NCBI GenBank assembly: GCA_965249005.1 | Contig: CBDFLD010000011.1 | Location: 8,303-72,302 of the forward strand | Direction: 5' to 3' | Length of the DNA: 64,000 nucleotides | DNA from: Acidobacteriota bacterium | Lineage (GTDB): Bacteria > Acidobacteriota > UBA6911 | In this document: in pieces, positions 54,842 to 64,000 of the stretch | Layout: every line of letters starts with the position of its first letter | How positions within the stretch are numbered: position 1 is the stretch's first letter | Notes under the pieces: generated by a model | The model's database searches: none | What the model was told of the DNA's origin: nothing | The model's input: the letters and a program-made list of their open reading frames with translations, nothing else | Program-made: the position numbers and the translations under genes

Positions 54842-56053
54842 GTGCCAGTATACAAGTTTCGCGGAAAGAACATTCGAACGAACAAAACTATAAGCGGGGA
54901 GCGCTTTTCCAATAGTCCTCAGGGGCTAGCGGCTATCTTGAGGCGCGAGCAGGTCGCGCCCATCTCCATTCAGGAAAAGCGTACCAGGTCATGGAACGTC
55001 CTCTTCCTCAAACGGGTCTCCGCACAGGAGGTCGCAGTCTTTACACGCCAGTTCTCCGTAATGCTGGACGCGGGACTTCCACTGGTCCAGTGCCTCGAGG
55101 CCATCGGCTCGCAACACAGCAACCCCACATTCAAAAGCGTACTCGAGCAGGTAAGAACCGACGTCGAGGGAGGGTCGACCCTGGCCGACGCCCTTGCAAA
55201 GCATCCCAGGGTCTTTGACCCTCTGTATTCGAACATGGTCGCCGCCGGGGAGACAGGGGGCATCCTCGACACCATTCTGAAACGCCTGGCCATTTTCATT
55301 GAAAAAATCGTCAAGCTTCGCCGCGCGTTGAAGTCCGCGGCGATCTACCCCTCCATCATTCTGTCGGTGGCCGTGGGGGCAGTCGGCATCATCTTGTGGA
55401 AGGTGATTCCCGTTTTTCGCACGCTGTTTGAAGGCTTCAATGTCCAGCTGCCGCTGCTGACGCGCATGGTGATCTCACTCTCGAGTTTCGTAGAGACCTA
55501 TCTTGTTGTCATTGCGGTTTTTGTCGGCTTGCTTGCTTTCGGCATCCGAAGCTATTACCAGACTTCGAACGGGCGCTATACCATCGACAGACTTATTCTG
55601 GCTACGCCGGTTATGGGTGACATTTTTCGAAAGATCGCTATTGCGCGCTTTACCCGCACCCTGGCAACCTTGATTGCGAGCGGCGTGCCCATTCTCGAAG
55701 GATTGGATATTACCGCAAAGACGGCAGGGAATGCCATTCTCGAGGAGGTCGTCCTCAAAGTAAGGAAGAACATCGAGGAAGGAAAGACCATGTCGGATCC
55801 GATGCGCGAGTCGAAGTTCTTTCCGCCGATGGTGACTCAGATGGTCTCGGTCGGGGAATCAACCGGAGAGCTGGACAACATGCTGGTGAGGGTTGCCGAC
55901 TACTTCGAAGAAGAGGTGGATACCATTGTGGCGAACCTCTTGACGATTCTGGAACCCGTGCTCCTGGTGTTTTTGGGCATCATCGTCGGCGGCATCGTCA
56001 TTGCGATGTACCTGCCCTTGTTCAAACTCATTTCCGTACTGTCCGGTGGTTGA
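54842..56053 (+). CDS. pilC: Type IV pilus platform protein PilC (GspF family)
   Basis: Two GspF repeats (FTRQFSVMLDAGLPLVQCLE; FTRTLATLIASGVPILEGLD) and three TM segments. GTG start. Confidence 0.9.
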   Translation: MPVYKFRGKNIRTNKTISGERFSNSPQGLAAILRREQVAPISIQEKRTRSWNVLFLKRVSAQEVAVFTRQFSVMLDAGLPLVQCLEAIGSQHSNPTFKSVLEQVRTDVEGGSTLADALAKHPRVFDPLYSNMVAAGETGGILDTILKRLAIFIEKIVKLRRALKSAAIYPSIILSVAVGAVGIILWKVIPVFRTLFEGFNVQLPLLTRMVISLSSFVETYLVVIAVFVGLLAFGIRSYYQTSNGRYTIDRLILATPVMGDIFRKIAIARFTRTLATLIASGVPILEGLDITAKTAGNAILEEVVLKVRKNIEEGKTMSDPMRESKFFPPMVTQMVSVGESTGELDNMLVRVADYFEEEVDTIVANLLTILEPVLLVFLGIIVGGIVIAMYLPLFKLISVLSGG

Positions 56054-56069
56054 TAGAGCGCCCTACAGC

Positions 56070-57842
56070 GTGGTTTCTTCATCTGGAACATCTGTTTTCG
56101 GGGGGCCGCAGCACACGCCCCTCGCAGCCGTCCAGGCGGAGGAAATTCGACGCCAAATTCTCTGGGTGATTGCAGGCCGCGTCATCATCATCTTCCTGGG
56201 ACTGAACCTCGCCGAGAGCGCGGGTGTTCTATCCCCCTTCTGGCAAAGGCTGTCATTCACGCCGATCTTGAACCTGGCTGTTCTTGTCTGCACGGGTCTT
56301 TACCTTACCCTGTGGTGGACCCGCTGGAGGCTGCCCTTCCAGCTATACTTCCAGATGGCTGTGGATCTGGCCATCGCGACGCTCCTGGTAGCCCACACGC
56401 ATGGCACCGAGAGCGTTTTTGTGTCCTTCTATTTGTTGATCATCATCTACTCGGCCTTGATTCAGGGCAAAGAGGGTGGATGGCTGAGCGCGGCACTGAG
56501 CGGTATCCTGTACTCCTCCCTTATCAGCGCAGGACACTTGGAGCTACTGGAGCTTGGGACGAGCGACGAGATGACCCAGAGCCTCGCGGTAAGAATCTCG
56601 TTCCACGCTCTGGGGTTCTTTTCCGTGGCCTTTCTTGGCACGTTCTTGTGCCGTCGCCTGAACACGGTTCAAGCGGAGCTAGAAGAAAAGATCGCCTCGA
56701 TTCAAGCACTCCAGAAGCTGAATGAGCTGATCATCAAGAACATTCGAAGTGGCTTGATCACAACGGATCCGGAAGGCAGAATCACGCTGTTCAATTCCAC
56801 AGCCCGTGAGATCACCGAGAGCTCGCCTGGGATGGGTGCCCCTGTGCAGCCGTTGATCGGGGAGGAACTGTGGGACCGAATACGCGAGGAGGATTTTCTG
56901 AAGAATCTCCGGCCGCTGCGACACGAGGCTTGGATCCTCCTGGCAGATTCGAAGCCCCGCTTCCTGGGTTTCAGTGTGTCTCCGCTCATGAGCCCAGAGT
57001 CGAGCTCACACCCGGGCGCTTCCAGCATCATGGGCTATATCCTCTCCTTCCAGGATTTGACCGAAATCAAGCGACTGGAAGAGGAAGTCCGCTTGGGCGA
57101 CCGGATGGCTACCATCGGGAAGATGGCCGCCGGGGTAGCCCACGAGATACGGAATCCACTCACCTCCATGCGTGGCTCTGCCGAGATTCTACGCTCTCGA
57201 CTGTCGCTTGCCGAAGAAGACGCCCGCTTGATGGGTATTCTGATCCGCCAGAGTGACCGATTGAACAAATTCGTCGAGGACTTCATGGACATTGCCAGGC
57301 CCGGGAACTATCCGAAGAAAGCGATCGATCTGAGCCCGATTCTCCAGGATACCATCACGCTACTCGAGAACCACCCCGAGGTGGCCGCACGCCACCGGAT
57401 CAACCTGACTCTCGATTCCACCCCGATCGTCGTCGATGGAAACCCGGACAAGATCCAGCAAGTTTTTTGGAATCTTGCGCAAAACGCCTTGCGGGCAATG
57501 CCCGACGGGGGAGAGCTCTCGGTCGAAGGAAGCCGGAAAGAGGACGGTGCAATCGTGTTGTTTTCCGACACCGGGGTCGGGATGACCCAGCAGGAGCAGG
57601 AGGACTTGTTCCAACCCTTCCAGTCAGGCTTCCAAGGCGGACTGGGCCTGGGACTCAGCATCGTTTTTCAGATCATGAAGGATCATGAGGGACGAATTGT
57701 CTTCGAGAGCCAGAAGGGGCGTGGAACCTGTGTCACCCTTCACTTTCCGCGGACGTCCACACCCGATCGTGTCGTTTCTGAGCGAGTCGTTTGTGACGCC
57801 ATCGTCCGAGAAGAAGCGTATGTCATCGATTCTACTCGTTGA
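56070..57842 (+). CDS. pilS: PilS-like sensor histidine kinase (multi-TM + PAS + HisKA + HATPase_c)
   Basis: Six-TM-like N-terminus, PAS region, H-box AHEIRNPLTSMRGSAEIL, G-box GGLGLGLSIVFQIM. The start is uncertain: GTG 56070 is just after the pilC stop, and the ORF track uses 56001. Confidence 0.8.
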   Translation: MVSSSGTSVFGGPQHTPLAAVQAEEIRRQILWVIAGRVIIIFLGLNLAESAGVLSPFWQRLSFTPILNLAVLVCTGLYLTLWWTRWRLPFQLYFQMAVDLAIATLLVAHTHGTESVFVSFYLLIIIYSALIQGKEGGWLSAALSGILYSSLISAGHLELLELGTSDEMTQSLAVRISFHALGFFSVAFLGTFLCRRLNTVQAELEEKIASIQALQKLNELIIKNIRSGLITTDPEGRITLFNSTAREITESSPGMGAPVQPLIGEELWDRIREEDFLKNLRPLRHEAWILLADSKPRFLGFSVSPLMSPESSSHPGASSIMGYILSFQDLTEIKRLEEEVRLGDRMATIGKMAAGVAHEIRNPLTSMRGSAEILRSRLSLAEEDARLMGILIRQSDRLNKFVEDFMDIARPGNYPKKAIDLSPILQDTITLLENHPEVAARHRINLTLDSTPIVVDGNPDKIQQVFWNLAQNALRAMPDGGELSVEGSRKEDGAIVLFSDTGVGMTQQEQEDLFQPFQSGFQGGLGLGLSIVFQIMKDHEGRIVFESQKGRGTCVTLHFPRTSTPDRVVSERVVCDAIVREEAYVIDSTR

Positions 57843-59283
57843 TAACGAACCCGACATCCTCGAGGTACTGGAGGTTTTCGTCCAGGGAGAAGCAGCTCGG
57901 GTCTTCAAGGCTACCTCGGCCGCGGAAGCCCTGTCCCTGTTGGATCAAAATAAGATCGACGTGGTAATCTCCGATATCCATATGCCCGACATGTCCGGCC
58001 TGGAGCTGCTTCGGAAAGCCAAGGGTCTGTCGCCGGAACTGGCATTTGTGATGATTACCGGAAACGCTCAAAAGGAAACGGTCTTCGATGCCTTGCAGCA
58101 CGGAGCATATGATTATCTCAACAAACCCCTCAAGATGGAAGACGTCCAGAAAATTGTTCGGCGGGCATTGAGCGAAGAAAAGCCCGCCAAGAGAACATCC
58201 TCTCCCACGGATGGTCGACATTTGAACCAGAGTTTGTTTCAGGCCTTGAAGCGCAACAAGATTGTATGGAAAAGCCAGAAGATGAGGGAAGTCTTCGACA
58301 CCATCGGGACCATCGCCATTCGAGATACGACCCTGCTGATCATGGGAGAGACCGGAACCGGCAAGGAGTTGGCTGCCCGGGCCGTCCACGAGGCCTCTTT
58401 TAGGAAGGATCACCCGTTCATCTCGATCAACTGCGGGGCCTTTCCCGAAACCCTCCTGGAAAGCGAGCTCTTTGGATACATGAAGGGAGCCTTTACCGGT
58501 GCCACCCAGAGCAAGGACGGACTGCTGGAGCTGGCTGGAGAAGGGACAATCTTCCTCGATGAAATAGGTGAGATGACCCCTGCCATGCAGGTCAAGCTCC
58601 TTCGAGTTCTTCAGGACAGAAAGCTCCGTCGCCTCGGGGGAGCCTCCGAGCTGACCATCCGGGCCCGCCTGATCGCAGCCACCAATCGCGATTTGAAATC
58701 CGCGATAAGCGAGAACCTGTTCCGAGAGGACCTCTACTACCGCATCGCTGTCATCTCCATCGTCTTGCCGCCCTTGAGAGAGCGCCCCGAGGATATCGAG
58801 TTGCTTGCCCACCACTTCATCGCGGAGAAGAGACTCCACGGCACCGATGAGGTCCAGTCCATCTCGGCGGCAGCACTCGGAGCCTTGATGAGCTACTCCT
58901 GGCCGGGAAATATTCGAGAGCTGGAAAATACGATCGAGCGTGCCATGGCGCTCGAATCGAGTGCAACGATCCAGCTGGATCAGCTGCCGGACGCAATTCG
59001 GAACCAAGGCGAAGCGAGCCATTACAATCCAGCTCCCAGCCCCGACAATCCTGCCGAGCACTCCAGAACGTATAGGCTCCCCCCCGGCCCTGTAGATCTA
59101 CAACGGTTTCTCTCGGAAATGGAGAGCTCCGTTATTTGCGATGCACTAGACCGCTGTGGCGGGAACCAGACGATGGCCGCCAGCCAGCTCAGCATTACAC
59201 TTCCATCGCTGCGTCACAAAATCCAGACCCTGGGAATCAGCGCGGCCTCCTTCCGCAGGCAAGGGACCCCCGTGGGAGCGTAG
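57820..59283 (+). CDS. pilR: Sigma-54-dependent response regulator PilR
   Basis: MSSILLVDNEPDILEVL receiver, GETGTGKELAARAVH, GAFTGA, GTIFLDEIGE, C-terminal HTH GGNQTMAASQLSITLPSLRHKI. Position between pilS and pilA. Confidence 0.88.
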   Translation: MSSILLVDNEPDILEVLEVFVQGEAARVFKATSAAEALSLLDQNKIDVVISDIHMPDMSGLELLRKAKGLSPELAFVMITGNAQKETVFDALQHGAYDYLNKPLKMEDVQKIVRRALSEEKPAKRTSSPTDGRHLNQSLFQALKRNKIVWKSQKMREVFDTIGTIAIRDTTLLIMGETGTGKELAARAVHEASFRKDHPFISINCGAFPETLLESELFGYMKGAFTGATQSKDGLLELAGEGTIFLDEIGEMTPAMQVKLLRVLQDRKLRRLGGASELTIRARLIAATNRDLKSAISENLFREDLYYRIAVISIVLPPLRERPEDIELLAHHFIAEKRLHGTDEVQSISAAALGALMSYSWPGNIRELENTIERAMALESSATIQLDQLPDAIRNQGEASHYNPAPSPDNPAEHSRTYRLPPGPVDLQRFLSEMESSVICDALDRCGGNQTMAASQLSITLPSLRHKIQTLGISAASFRRQGTPVGA

Positions 59284-59302
59284 CAACGCAGCCCAGCCCA
59301 AC

Positions 59303-59335
59303 TGATGAAACTCATCAAGTTCACGGTTTTCATCA
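59303..59335 (+). promoter_or_regulatory. Candidate PilR upstream activating sites (three TGATGA/TCATCA half-sites)
   Basis: TGATGA-AAC-TCATCA at 59303-59317 and TTTCATCA at 59328-59335, 120-150 nt upstream of the pilA sigma-54 promoter. Could alternatively be a small pilR terminator hairpin. Confidence 0.3.
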
Positions 59336-59455
59336 CGAAAAAGCCGACCGCCAACCTCAGGGCGAGCATCTGGATCCGTCGAGGCGAAAGCCACAAAAAC
59401 TATATCCTATTCACACACAGTATTTTACAAGAAAATCCCGAGATCAAACCATGTC

Positions 59456-59471
59456 TGGCACGGCTATTGCA
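59456..59471 (+). promoter_or_regulatory. Sigma-54 (-24/-12) promoter of pilA, perfect consensus TGGCAC-GGCTA-TTGCA
   Basis: Read directly. Lies 75 nt upstream of the pilA ATG and immediately downstream of pilR. Confidence 0.85.
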
Positions 59472-59545
59472 TTAGTCAAGGCGTCTGACATCCCCCGCCA
59501 TTGCAAAACAACAGCTCTCTTGGGAGCAGGAGATATAGGACGTTT

Positions 59546-60022
59546 ATGAAGAATGAACATGGTTTTTCACTTGTCGAGCTATTGATCGTTGTAGCGATTA
59601 TCGCGATCGTTGCTGCCATCGCTATTCCGAGTCTTTTGACTTCAAAGCAAGCAGCCAACGAAGCCGGCGCCACGCAGGGGTGCCGGACGGTTGGCTCTGC
59701 TGAAATCGCATTTGCGGCGACCAACAACCAGCAATACACCAACGTTGCGAGTCTGGTGGCCGGAAACTTCTTGGATTCCAGATTCAGCACAACTGGTAAT
59801 ATCAACGGCTACTCTTATGCCTCCGGTGCCGTGACGGGTACAACGATAGATGGTGCCGTTCCAACCTCTTTTGGGTTCACAGCCACACCGGGCGCCGCAG
59901 GTCTGGGTCGATTTGTGTTCTCCATCGCTCCGGATCAGGTCGTAAGGTACGAGGCAGCCTACAGTGGTTCCACTCTACCTTCCGGCGTTGTCGCGGGCGA
60001 TCCTCTTGGAAAGACCCCGTAA
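59546..60022 (+). CDS. pilA: Type IVa major pilin PilA
   Basis: Prepilin leader MKNEHG / FSLVELLIVVAIIAIVAAIAIPSLL (G-1, F+1, E+5). ATG 59546 is preferred over the ORF-track start at 59501. Confidence 0.92.
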   Translation: MKNEHGFSLVELLIVVAIIAIVAAIAIPSLLTSKQAANEAGATQGCRTVGSAEIAFAATNNQQYTNVASLVAGNFLDSRFSTTGNINGYSYASGAVTGTTIDGAVPTSFGFTATPGAAGLGRFVFSIAPDQVVRYEAAYSGSTLPSGVVAGDPLGKTP

Positions 60023-60049
60023 CCATTGCCGGGATTTCTTCGGTTCACA

Positions 60050-60088
60050 GGCGGTCTCACTCTCGCGGGTGAGACCGCCTTTTCGTTT
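60050..60088 (+). terminator. Intrinsic terminator after pilA
   Basis: GGCGGTCTCAC-TCTCGCGG-GTGAGACCGCC followed by TTTTCGTTT. Confidence 0.85.
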
Positions 60089-60107
60089 GAATCCGTTGAC
60101 CGTTCGG

Positions 60108-62240
60108 ATGCGCAAGAAGCGATATTTCTACACCATCTATCCTATTCAAGCGGCCGCGCTTCTTGCGGTCCTGTTCCCTTTTCTCCGCCATAACAATCTC
60201 CTCGAGTGGGACTTTCCCGGCCACGCGCTAGCGGTATGGCACCTCCAGAACAACCTGCTGCCCTGGGCAACCGGATGGAACCCGTTCTTTTACTGCGGCT
60301 ATCCCCAAGGGATCTTCTACCCTCCGGCGGGGCATTATCTTGCTGCGCTGCTCAGTTTCCCGCTCGGCATTCCTCTGGCGATCAAAAGCCTGGTTGCACT
60401 CAGTTTTTTAGCTCTACCGATCACATTCTATTTCTTTTCCAGACGCTGGGGTTTGGATGAGCTGCAGTCGGGGATCAGTTCGTTGTGGCTGACCGCGTTG
60501 CTGTTTCTAAGCGGAGATTTATTCGGAACCTGGACACTGGGCTCCGATTTGCGTTCCTCGTTGAACGTGGGTCTGTTTGCGAACAGCCTGAGTCTTCCCG
60601 TGCTGTTTGCCTTCATGGCTACCTTCGCGCGAGGTCCGGGACGGTGGAAGACTGCCGGGCTCCTTCTCGGATTGCTCATCCTGCTGCATCCCCTCTCGAC
60701 TTTGATAGGCGGACTGTTCATTGGCGCCACTATCCTGTGTTTCGCCTGGCAGCGAAAGAAATTGCAAGAGTGGAAACCGCTCATCTTTTCGCTGGTTCTC
60801 GGCCTGGGGCTTGGTGCCTGCTGGATTCTTCCATTCCTCGCTTACCGGAGCTACATGAACCCGGAGTTCGCCGTGGCACCGTGGTCTGCCTCACTCCTGC
60901 TGCTGGTGTTCAACGGGCTCGGCCTCTCCGTGGCGGCACTGAGGGGAGGAAAAAGCGTCCGCATCCTTTCGGTGGCGTACCTGCTTCTGATCAACTTCAT
61001 CTTTATCGGGATTCTCTGGAAGATAGACCTACAATTCTCCCGGCTCATGACATACCTGCTCTTCTTTATCCCCGTCTTCATACTCGTATGGGTCCGATCC
61101 CGTCCCGTCTTGTTGACGCTGGGCGTTCTCTCGGGCGCGCTCGGCCTGTTCGGCTATCGCTTCGGCGGGATCCGCCCGGAAGGTGTCCACGAGTTCCCCA
61201 TGCCGGATTTCGGCCGTGTTGAAGGCCGGATTCTCGCGGTCTCCCCACCGACTCATCTCCCCGGGCATCACGTCCACCACGAACTCATCCCGATGAGAAC
61301 TGGAAACGCCTCCGTCATGGGACTCTTCATCGAATCGAGCTTGAACGGACGGTTCCTGGGCAACTTGATGCGCTCCCTCGATCCTGACTCGCATGTTTGG
61401 GGCACCCCCACCGAATCGGTAACGCCCGAAGTGATGGGAGAGGATTACGCGGAGTACATCCTTGAGCGGTTACGGCTCTTCGACATTCGATACATATACA
61501 CCGATCTCAAGCTCGAGCATACCTTGGATCCGGGACTTGCGGAAACGAAGCGGTTCATGCATCGTTACCCGATGCCGGAATCCATCTCCGCGAAACAGGC
61601 GGAGGACTTGCGAGATCGCTACAATACCAGTGGACGGTTCTTTGATTTCTATTTGTACCCGGTCAGTCCAGGCTCGCTAGCCGAGCCTCTGCCGTACGTT
61701 CCGACCGAACCTGGTTCAGACTGGAAGCTCACCAATCAACAATGGTTTCTTCAAATGAAAGGGGTGCCCATCTTCACGGACGAGCCCGTGCCTGAAACGG
61801 CCCAGCCGGCATCACCCGGCGATTGGGTTGCGGTCCGAGAGGTCTCCTCAAACATGGATCGAATCGTGCTCGACATTCAATCCGAAAAGGAAATCCCCGT
61901 CCTGGTAAAGGTCGGGTACTTTCCGAGCTGGAACTTGACGCTAAATGGGCATTCAGCCCCTCTCTACCGGGCATCACCGAACTTGATGCTCCTGTTTGGA
62001 AAGGGAGAGGCGGTCCTGGAATATGGCCGCTCCTGGGAGGAGTACGCTGGTTTGTTTCTATCCGGTCTGGCGCTGACGTTTCTGATCGGGGCCTCTACGC
62101 ACCCCTTCTGGAGACCAGCGCCAAACTCAAGATGGTCGCAAATCCTGCAAGGAGGGTTACGCCCAGCCCTGCAAAGAAACTCCAGGGGAAATAGCGGAAC
62201 TCAATCTGATGGGTCCCCTCGGGCACTTCGATGGCTCTGA
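60108..62240 (+). CDS. Large polytopic GT-C-like membrane protein (YfhO / PTPS-related membrane protein-like)
   Basis: About 12 N-terminal TM helices beginning LEWDFPGHALAVWHLQNNLLPWATGWNPFFYCGYPQGIFYPPAGHYL. Soluble C-terminal domain ending ...GEAVLEYGRSWEEYAGLFLSGLALTFLIGA (C-terminal TM anchor). ATG 60108 lies just after the pilA terminator. Confidence 0.7.
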   Translation: MRKKRYFYTIYPIQAAALLAVLFPFLRHNNLLEWDFPGHALAVWHLQNNLLPWATGWNPFFYCGYPQGIFYPPAGHYLAALLSFPLGIPLAIKSLVALSFLALPITFYFFSRRWGLDELQSGISSLWLTALLFLSGDLFGTWTLGSDLRSSLNVGLFANSLSLPVLFAFMATFARGPGRWKTAGLLLGLLILLHPLSTLIGGLFIGATILCFAWQRKKLQEWKPLIFSLVLGLGLGACWILPFLAYRSYMNPEFAVAPWSASLLLLVFNGLGLSVAALRGGKSVRILSVAYLLLINFIFIGILWKIDLQFSRLMTYLLFFIPVFILVWVRSRPVLLTLGVLSGALGLFGYRFGGIRPEGVHEFPMPDFGRVEGRILAVSPPTHLPGHHVHHELIPMRTGNASVMGLFIESSLNGRFLGNLMRSLDPDSHVWGTPTESVTPEVMGEDYAEYILERLRLFDIRYIYTDLKLEHTLDPGLAETKRFMHRYPMPESISAKQAEDLRDRYNTSGRFFDFYLYPVSPGSLAEPLPYVPTEPGSDWKLTNQQWFLQMKGVPIFTDEPVPETAQPASPGDWVAVREVSSNMDRIVLDIQSEKEIPVLVKVGYFPSWNLTLNGHSAPLYRASPNLMLLFGKGEAVLEYGRSWEEYAGLFLSGLALTFLIGASTHPFWRPAPNSRWSQILQGGLRPALQRNSRGNSGTQSDGSPRALRWL

Positions 62241-64000
62241 ACGCAAAGTTCGCCCGCAGCATCGGCACCGGACGACCATCGAGATACGCCGTCCATCCTG
62301 GGTAGTAAGTGTCAAGCAGGACCACGAACCCGGGTACGGCAGCAGATACCTCGCAACGAACCCGTTCGTTCGTGTAGTCTACGATCCTCGCTTCTCCAGC
62401 CCCGGGGCGGCTTCGAACGGACACGCCGGCACCCTGCAGGATTACCTCTCGATCGTGCGCAAACTCGCCGTCCTTCAAGACGTCCAGAGCATCACCCGCG
62501 GAGGAGGCATAGCGAGCTCCCGACACGAAATAAAGACGTGGAAGCACACCCTCGAGCTGATACACGTGGAGCTCCAAATCGGAGTGAGTGTCGAAAGATG
62601 CGATCTTTTCCACCCTAGGGTCGGTCGGTTCTCCCATGGTGAGCAAGTACTGGGAGTTCAATCTCTGCAAAAAGGTCGGGATCATCCGCTCGTCGAGCTG
62701 CAGGAACGCTTTGTGCAGCATCGCCGATTCCACGGTGTTGAGATCATCTACGGACGGATAGAGTGAGTATTGAATCCCCTGCGCAATCCCATACAGTGGC
62801 TGCCCGCTCCGCCGATAGAAGAGCGAGTACCAGGCCGCGGAGCGATTGGGGGCGCGCAACTCATGAATGGGTAAGGAAGCAGGAGAATCCAGTGGGATGA
62901 CCCGATGCAGAGTGCCCGTTCTCTGCTGCAGGAAGCGATTCACTTCTGAGACATACTGGAAATCCTCACCTGAAATGAGCGGGGTCAGACCAATATTGAC
63001 CGGTATCAATTCCGCCGCGAGAAGCAAAATCGCCAGACACCCCACCCAAGCACCCCGACGCCAGAACGGAGCACTCAAAACTACGATTGCCGACAGGGAA
63101 AGAAACAGCCCCGTCGATCTGAAGGATTCGATCAAATGATTCATGATCGTGTCCAGATCCTTCTTGTGTATCAACTGGGAACCCAAAGACGACTGGATCC
63201 ACCCCCTCACTCCGTCCGGAGCGTGATCCACAACCACCCAGGCGCCAAGGACCACCGCACCCAGGACCAGTCCGACCAAGCCTATGATGGAGGTCGCCTT
63301 CCGGTAGCGTAGAATTCGCTGAGGTTTTCGAAGGAGAACCTCGAGGCCCAAAGAGGCCATCACGCTCAGGCAAAGAGTTGAGAGCAAGAAATACTTGGAC
63401 GGGTACCGCCCCAACCCACTCCCGACATGCTCATAGAGCCATGTCACAAACGGGTTGTACTTGCCGGAGGCAAAAAGAATTCCGACAGCAGATAGAGTGG
63501 AGAAAAGTATAGTTAGATTTCGGCGGTGGGACCAGAGTGACAAAAGCACCAGAAGAAGAGTCCCCGATCCGAGGAAAAACGATACCAGGTATCCTTCCCG
63601 GTTCTCGTGAAACGCTTCTCCCCAATAGATCGAGCGATTGAGGGTGTAGGGCGATCCGAAAAAGTTCGGGAGCAAGATATTGATGAAGTCCATCGGATGC
63701 ATAGACCAGCGGACGATCTCGCTCGGATCATAACCCATTCCGCGGCTCGAATGCCCCAGTAGCTCCAAAGTAGGCAGAATCTGAACCGCAGTGAGGAGCA
63801 TCGCCAGCGAGACACCTGCAACCAGCACAATTCCGATATGCTTCAAAGCCCTCCGACGATCTGGCGATTCTCGCCAATGGTGTATCGAAAGGCCTATCAG
63901 GAGCCACAGGCCACATTGCATGACCAACGGTTCCATCGCGACGACCTGGACGGCCAGGATCCCGGCGAATAGGGATATCCTGCGCAACCGGCGCCGACCG
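62095..64000 (-). CDS. YfhO-family membrane protein, 5' end outside window
   Basis: ILLPNFFGSPYTLNRSIYWGEAFHENREGYLVSFFLGSGTLLLVLL ... YYPGWTAYLDGRPVPMLRANFAFRAIEVPEGTHQIEFRYFPWSFFAGLGVTLLAGF matches the YfhO pattern. The frame stays open to nt 64000. Confidence 0.75.
   Translation of the reverse strand, partial: GRRRLRRISLFAGILAVQVVAMEPLVMQCGLWLLIGLSIHHWRESPDRRRALKHIGIVLVAGVSLAMLLTAVQILPTLELLGHSSRGMGYDPSEIVRWSMHPMDFINILLPNFFGSPYTLNRSIYWGEAFHENREGYLVSFFLGSGTLLLVLLSLWSHRRNLTILFSTLSAVGILFASGKYNPFVTWLYEHVGSGLGRYPSKYFLLSTLCLSVMASLGLEVLLRKPQRILRYRKATSIIGLVGLVLGAVVLGAWVVVDHAPDGVRGWIQSSLGSQLIHKKDLDTIMNHLIESFRSTGLFLSLSAIVVLSAPFWRRGAWVGCLAILLLAAELIPVNIGLTPLISGEDFQYVSEVNRFLQQRTGTLHRVIPLDSPASLPIHELRAPNRSAAWYSLFYRRSGQPLYGIAQGIQYSLYPSVDDLNTVESAMLHKAFLQLDERMIPTFLQRLNSQYLLTMGEPTDPRVEKIASFDTHSDLELHVYQLEGVLPRLYFVSGARYASSAGDALDVLKDGEFAHDREVILQGAGVSVRSRPGAGEARIVDYTNERVRCEVSAAVPGFVVLLDTYYPGWTAYLDGRPVPMLRANFAFRAIEVPEGTHQIEFRYFPWSFFAGLGVTLLAGFATILSLALVSRRGA

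Noticed and set aside
57832-59061. 409-aa minus-strand ORF
   Set aside because: Antisense shadow of pilR, whose plus-strand frame has REC, Walker A, GAFTGA and HTH motifs.

Overview
GC-rich, densely packed bacterial chromosomal segment. Gene content and domain architectures look most like Acidobacteriota or a related Gram-negative phylum, but taxonomy cannot be verified here. I support about 50 protein genes, many joined by 1-4 nt start/stop overlaps.

Left to right:
- ruvB (partial) and a 1287-aa secreted M36-like metalloprotease.
- A MoxR / DUF58 / transglutaminase triad.
- A housekeeping operon: rimO-yacG-pgpA-cinA-thpR-plsY-trm112.
- LPS genes (GT9 heptosyltransferase, heptose kinase, lpxD, lpxB) and an ABC-2 exporter.
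- A porin-amt-glnK operon with a perfect sigma-54 promoter, an AT-rich upstream region and a GAF-domain sigma-54 activator.
- A Tes/GDGT-MAS-like radical SAM enzyme, next to a membrane methyltransferase and a catalytically dead M1-peptidase/TPR protein.
- mnmA and an ECF sigma factor.
- A Cache histidine kinase and a frameshifted sigma-54 response regulator, divergent from an OMP gene and two giant secreted repeat proteins.
- A SAM-I riboswitch controlling a threonine-synthase-like gene and a MoaD/ThiS-like sulfur-carrier gene.
- menC and a ubiA-family gene.
- A pilB-pilT-pilC-pilS-pilR-pilA type IV pilus block with a perfect sigma-54 pilA promoter.
- Two convergent GT-C/YfhO-like membrane proteins.

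I saw no rRNA, tRNA, CRISPR array, transposase or integrase.

Most interesting:
- The OMP + giant-repeat-protein operon, whose ~110-aa module also occurs in the protease 40 kb away.
- The Tes-like radical SAM locus.
- The riboswitch-controlled ThrC-like/sulfur-carrier pair.
- The sigma-54 regulatory architecture of the nitrogen operon.
- The homopolymer frameshift in the response regulator.
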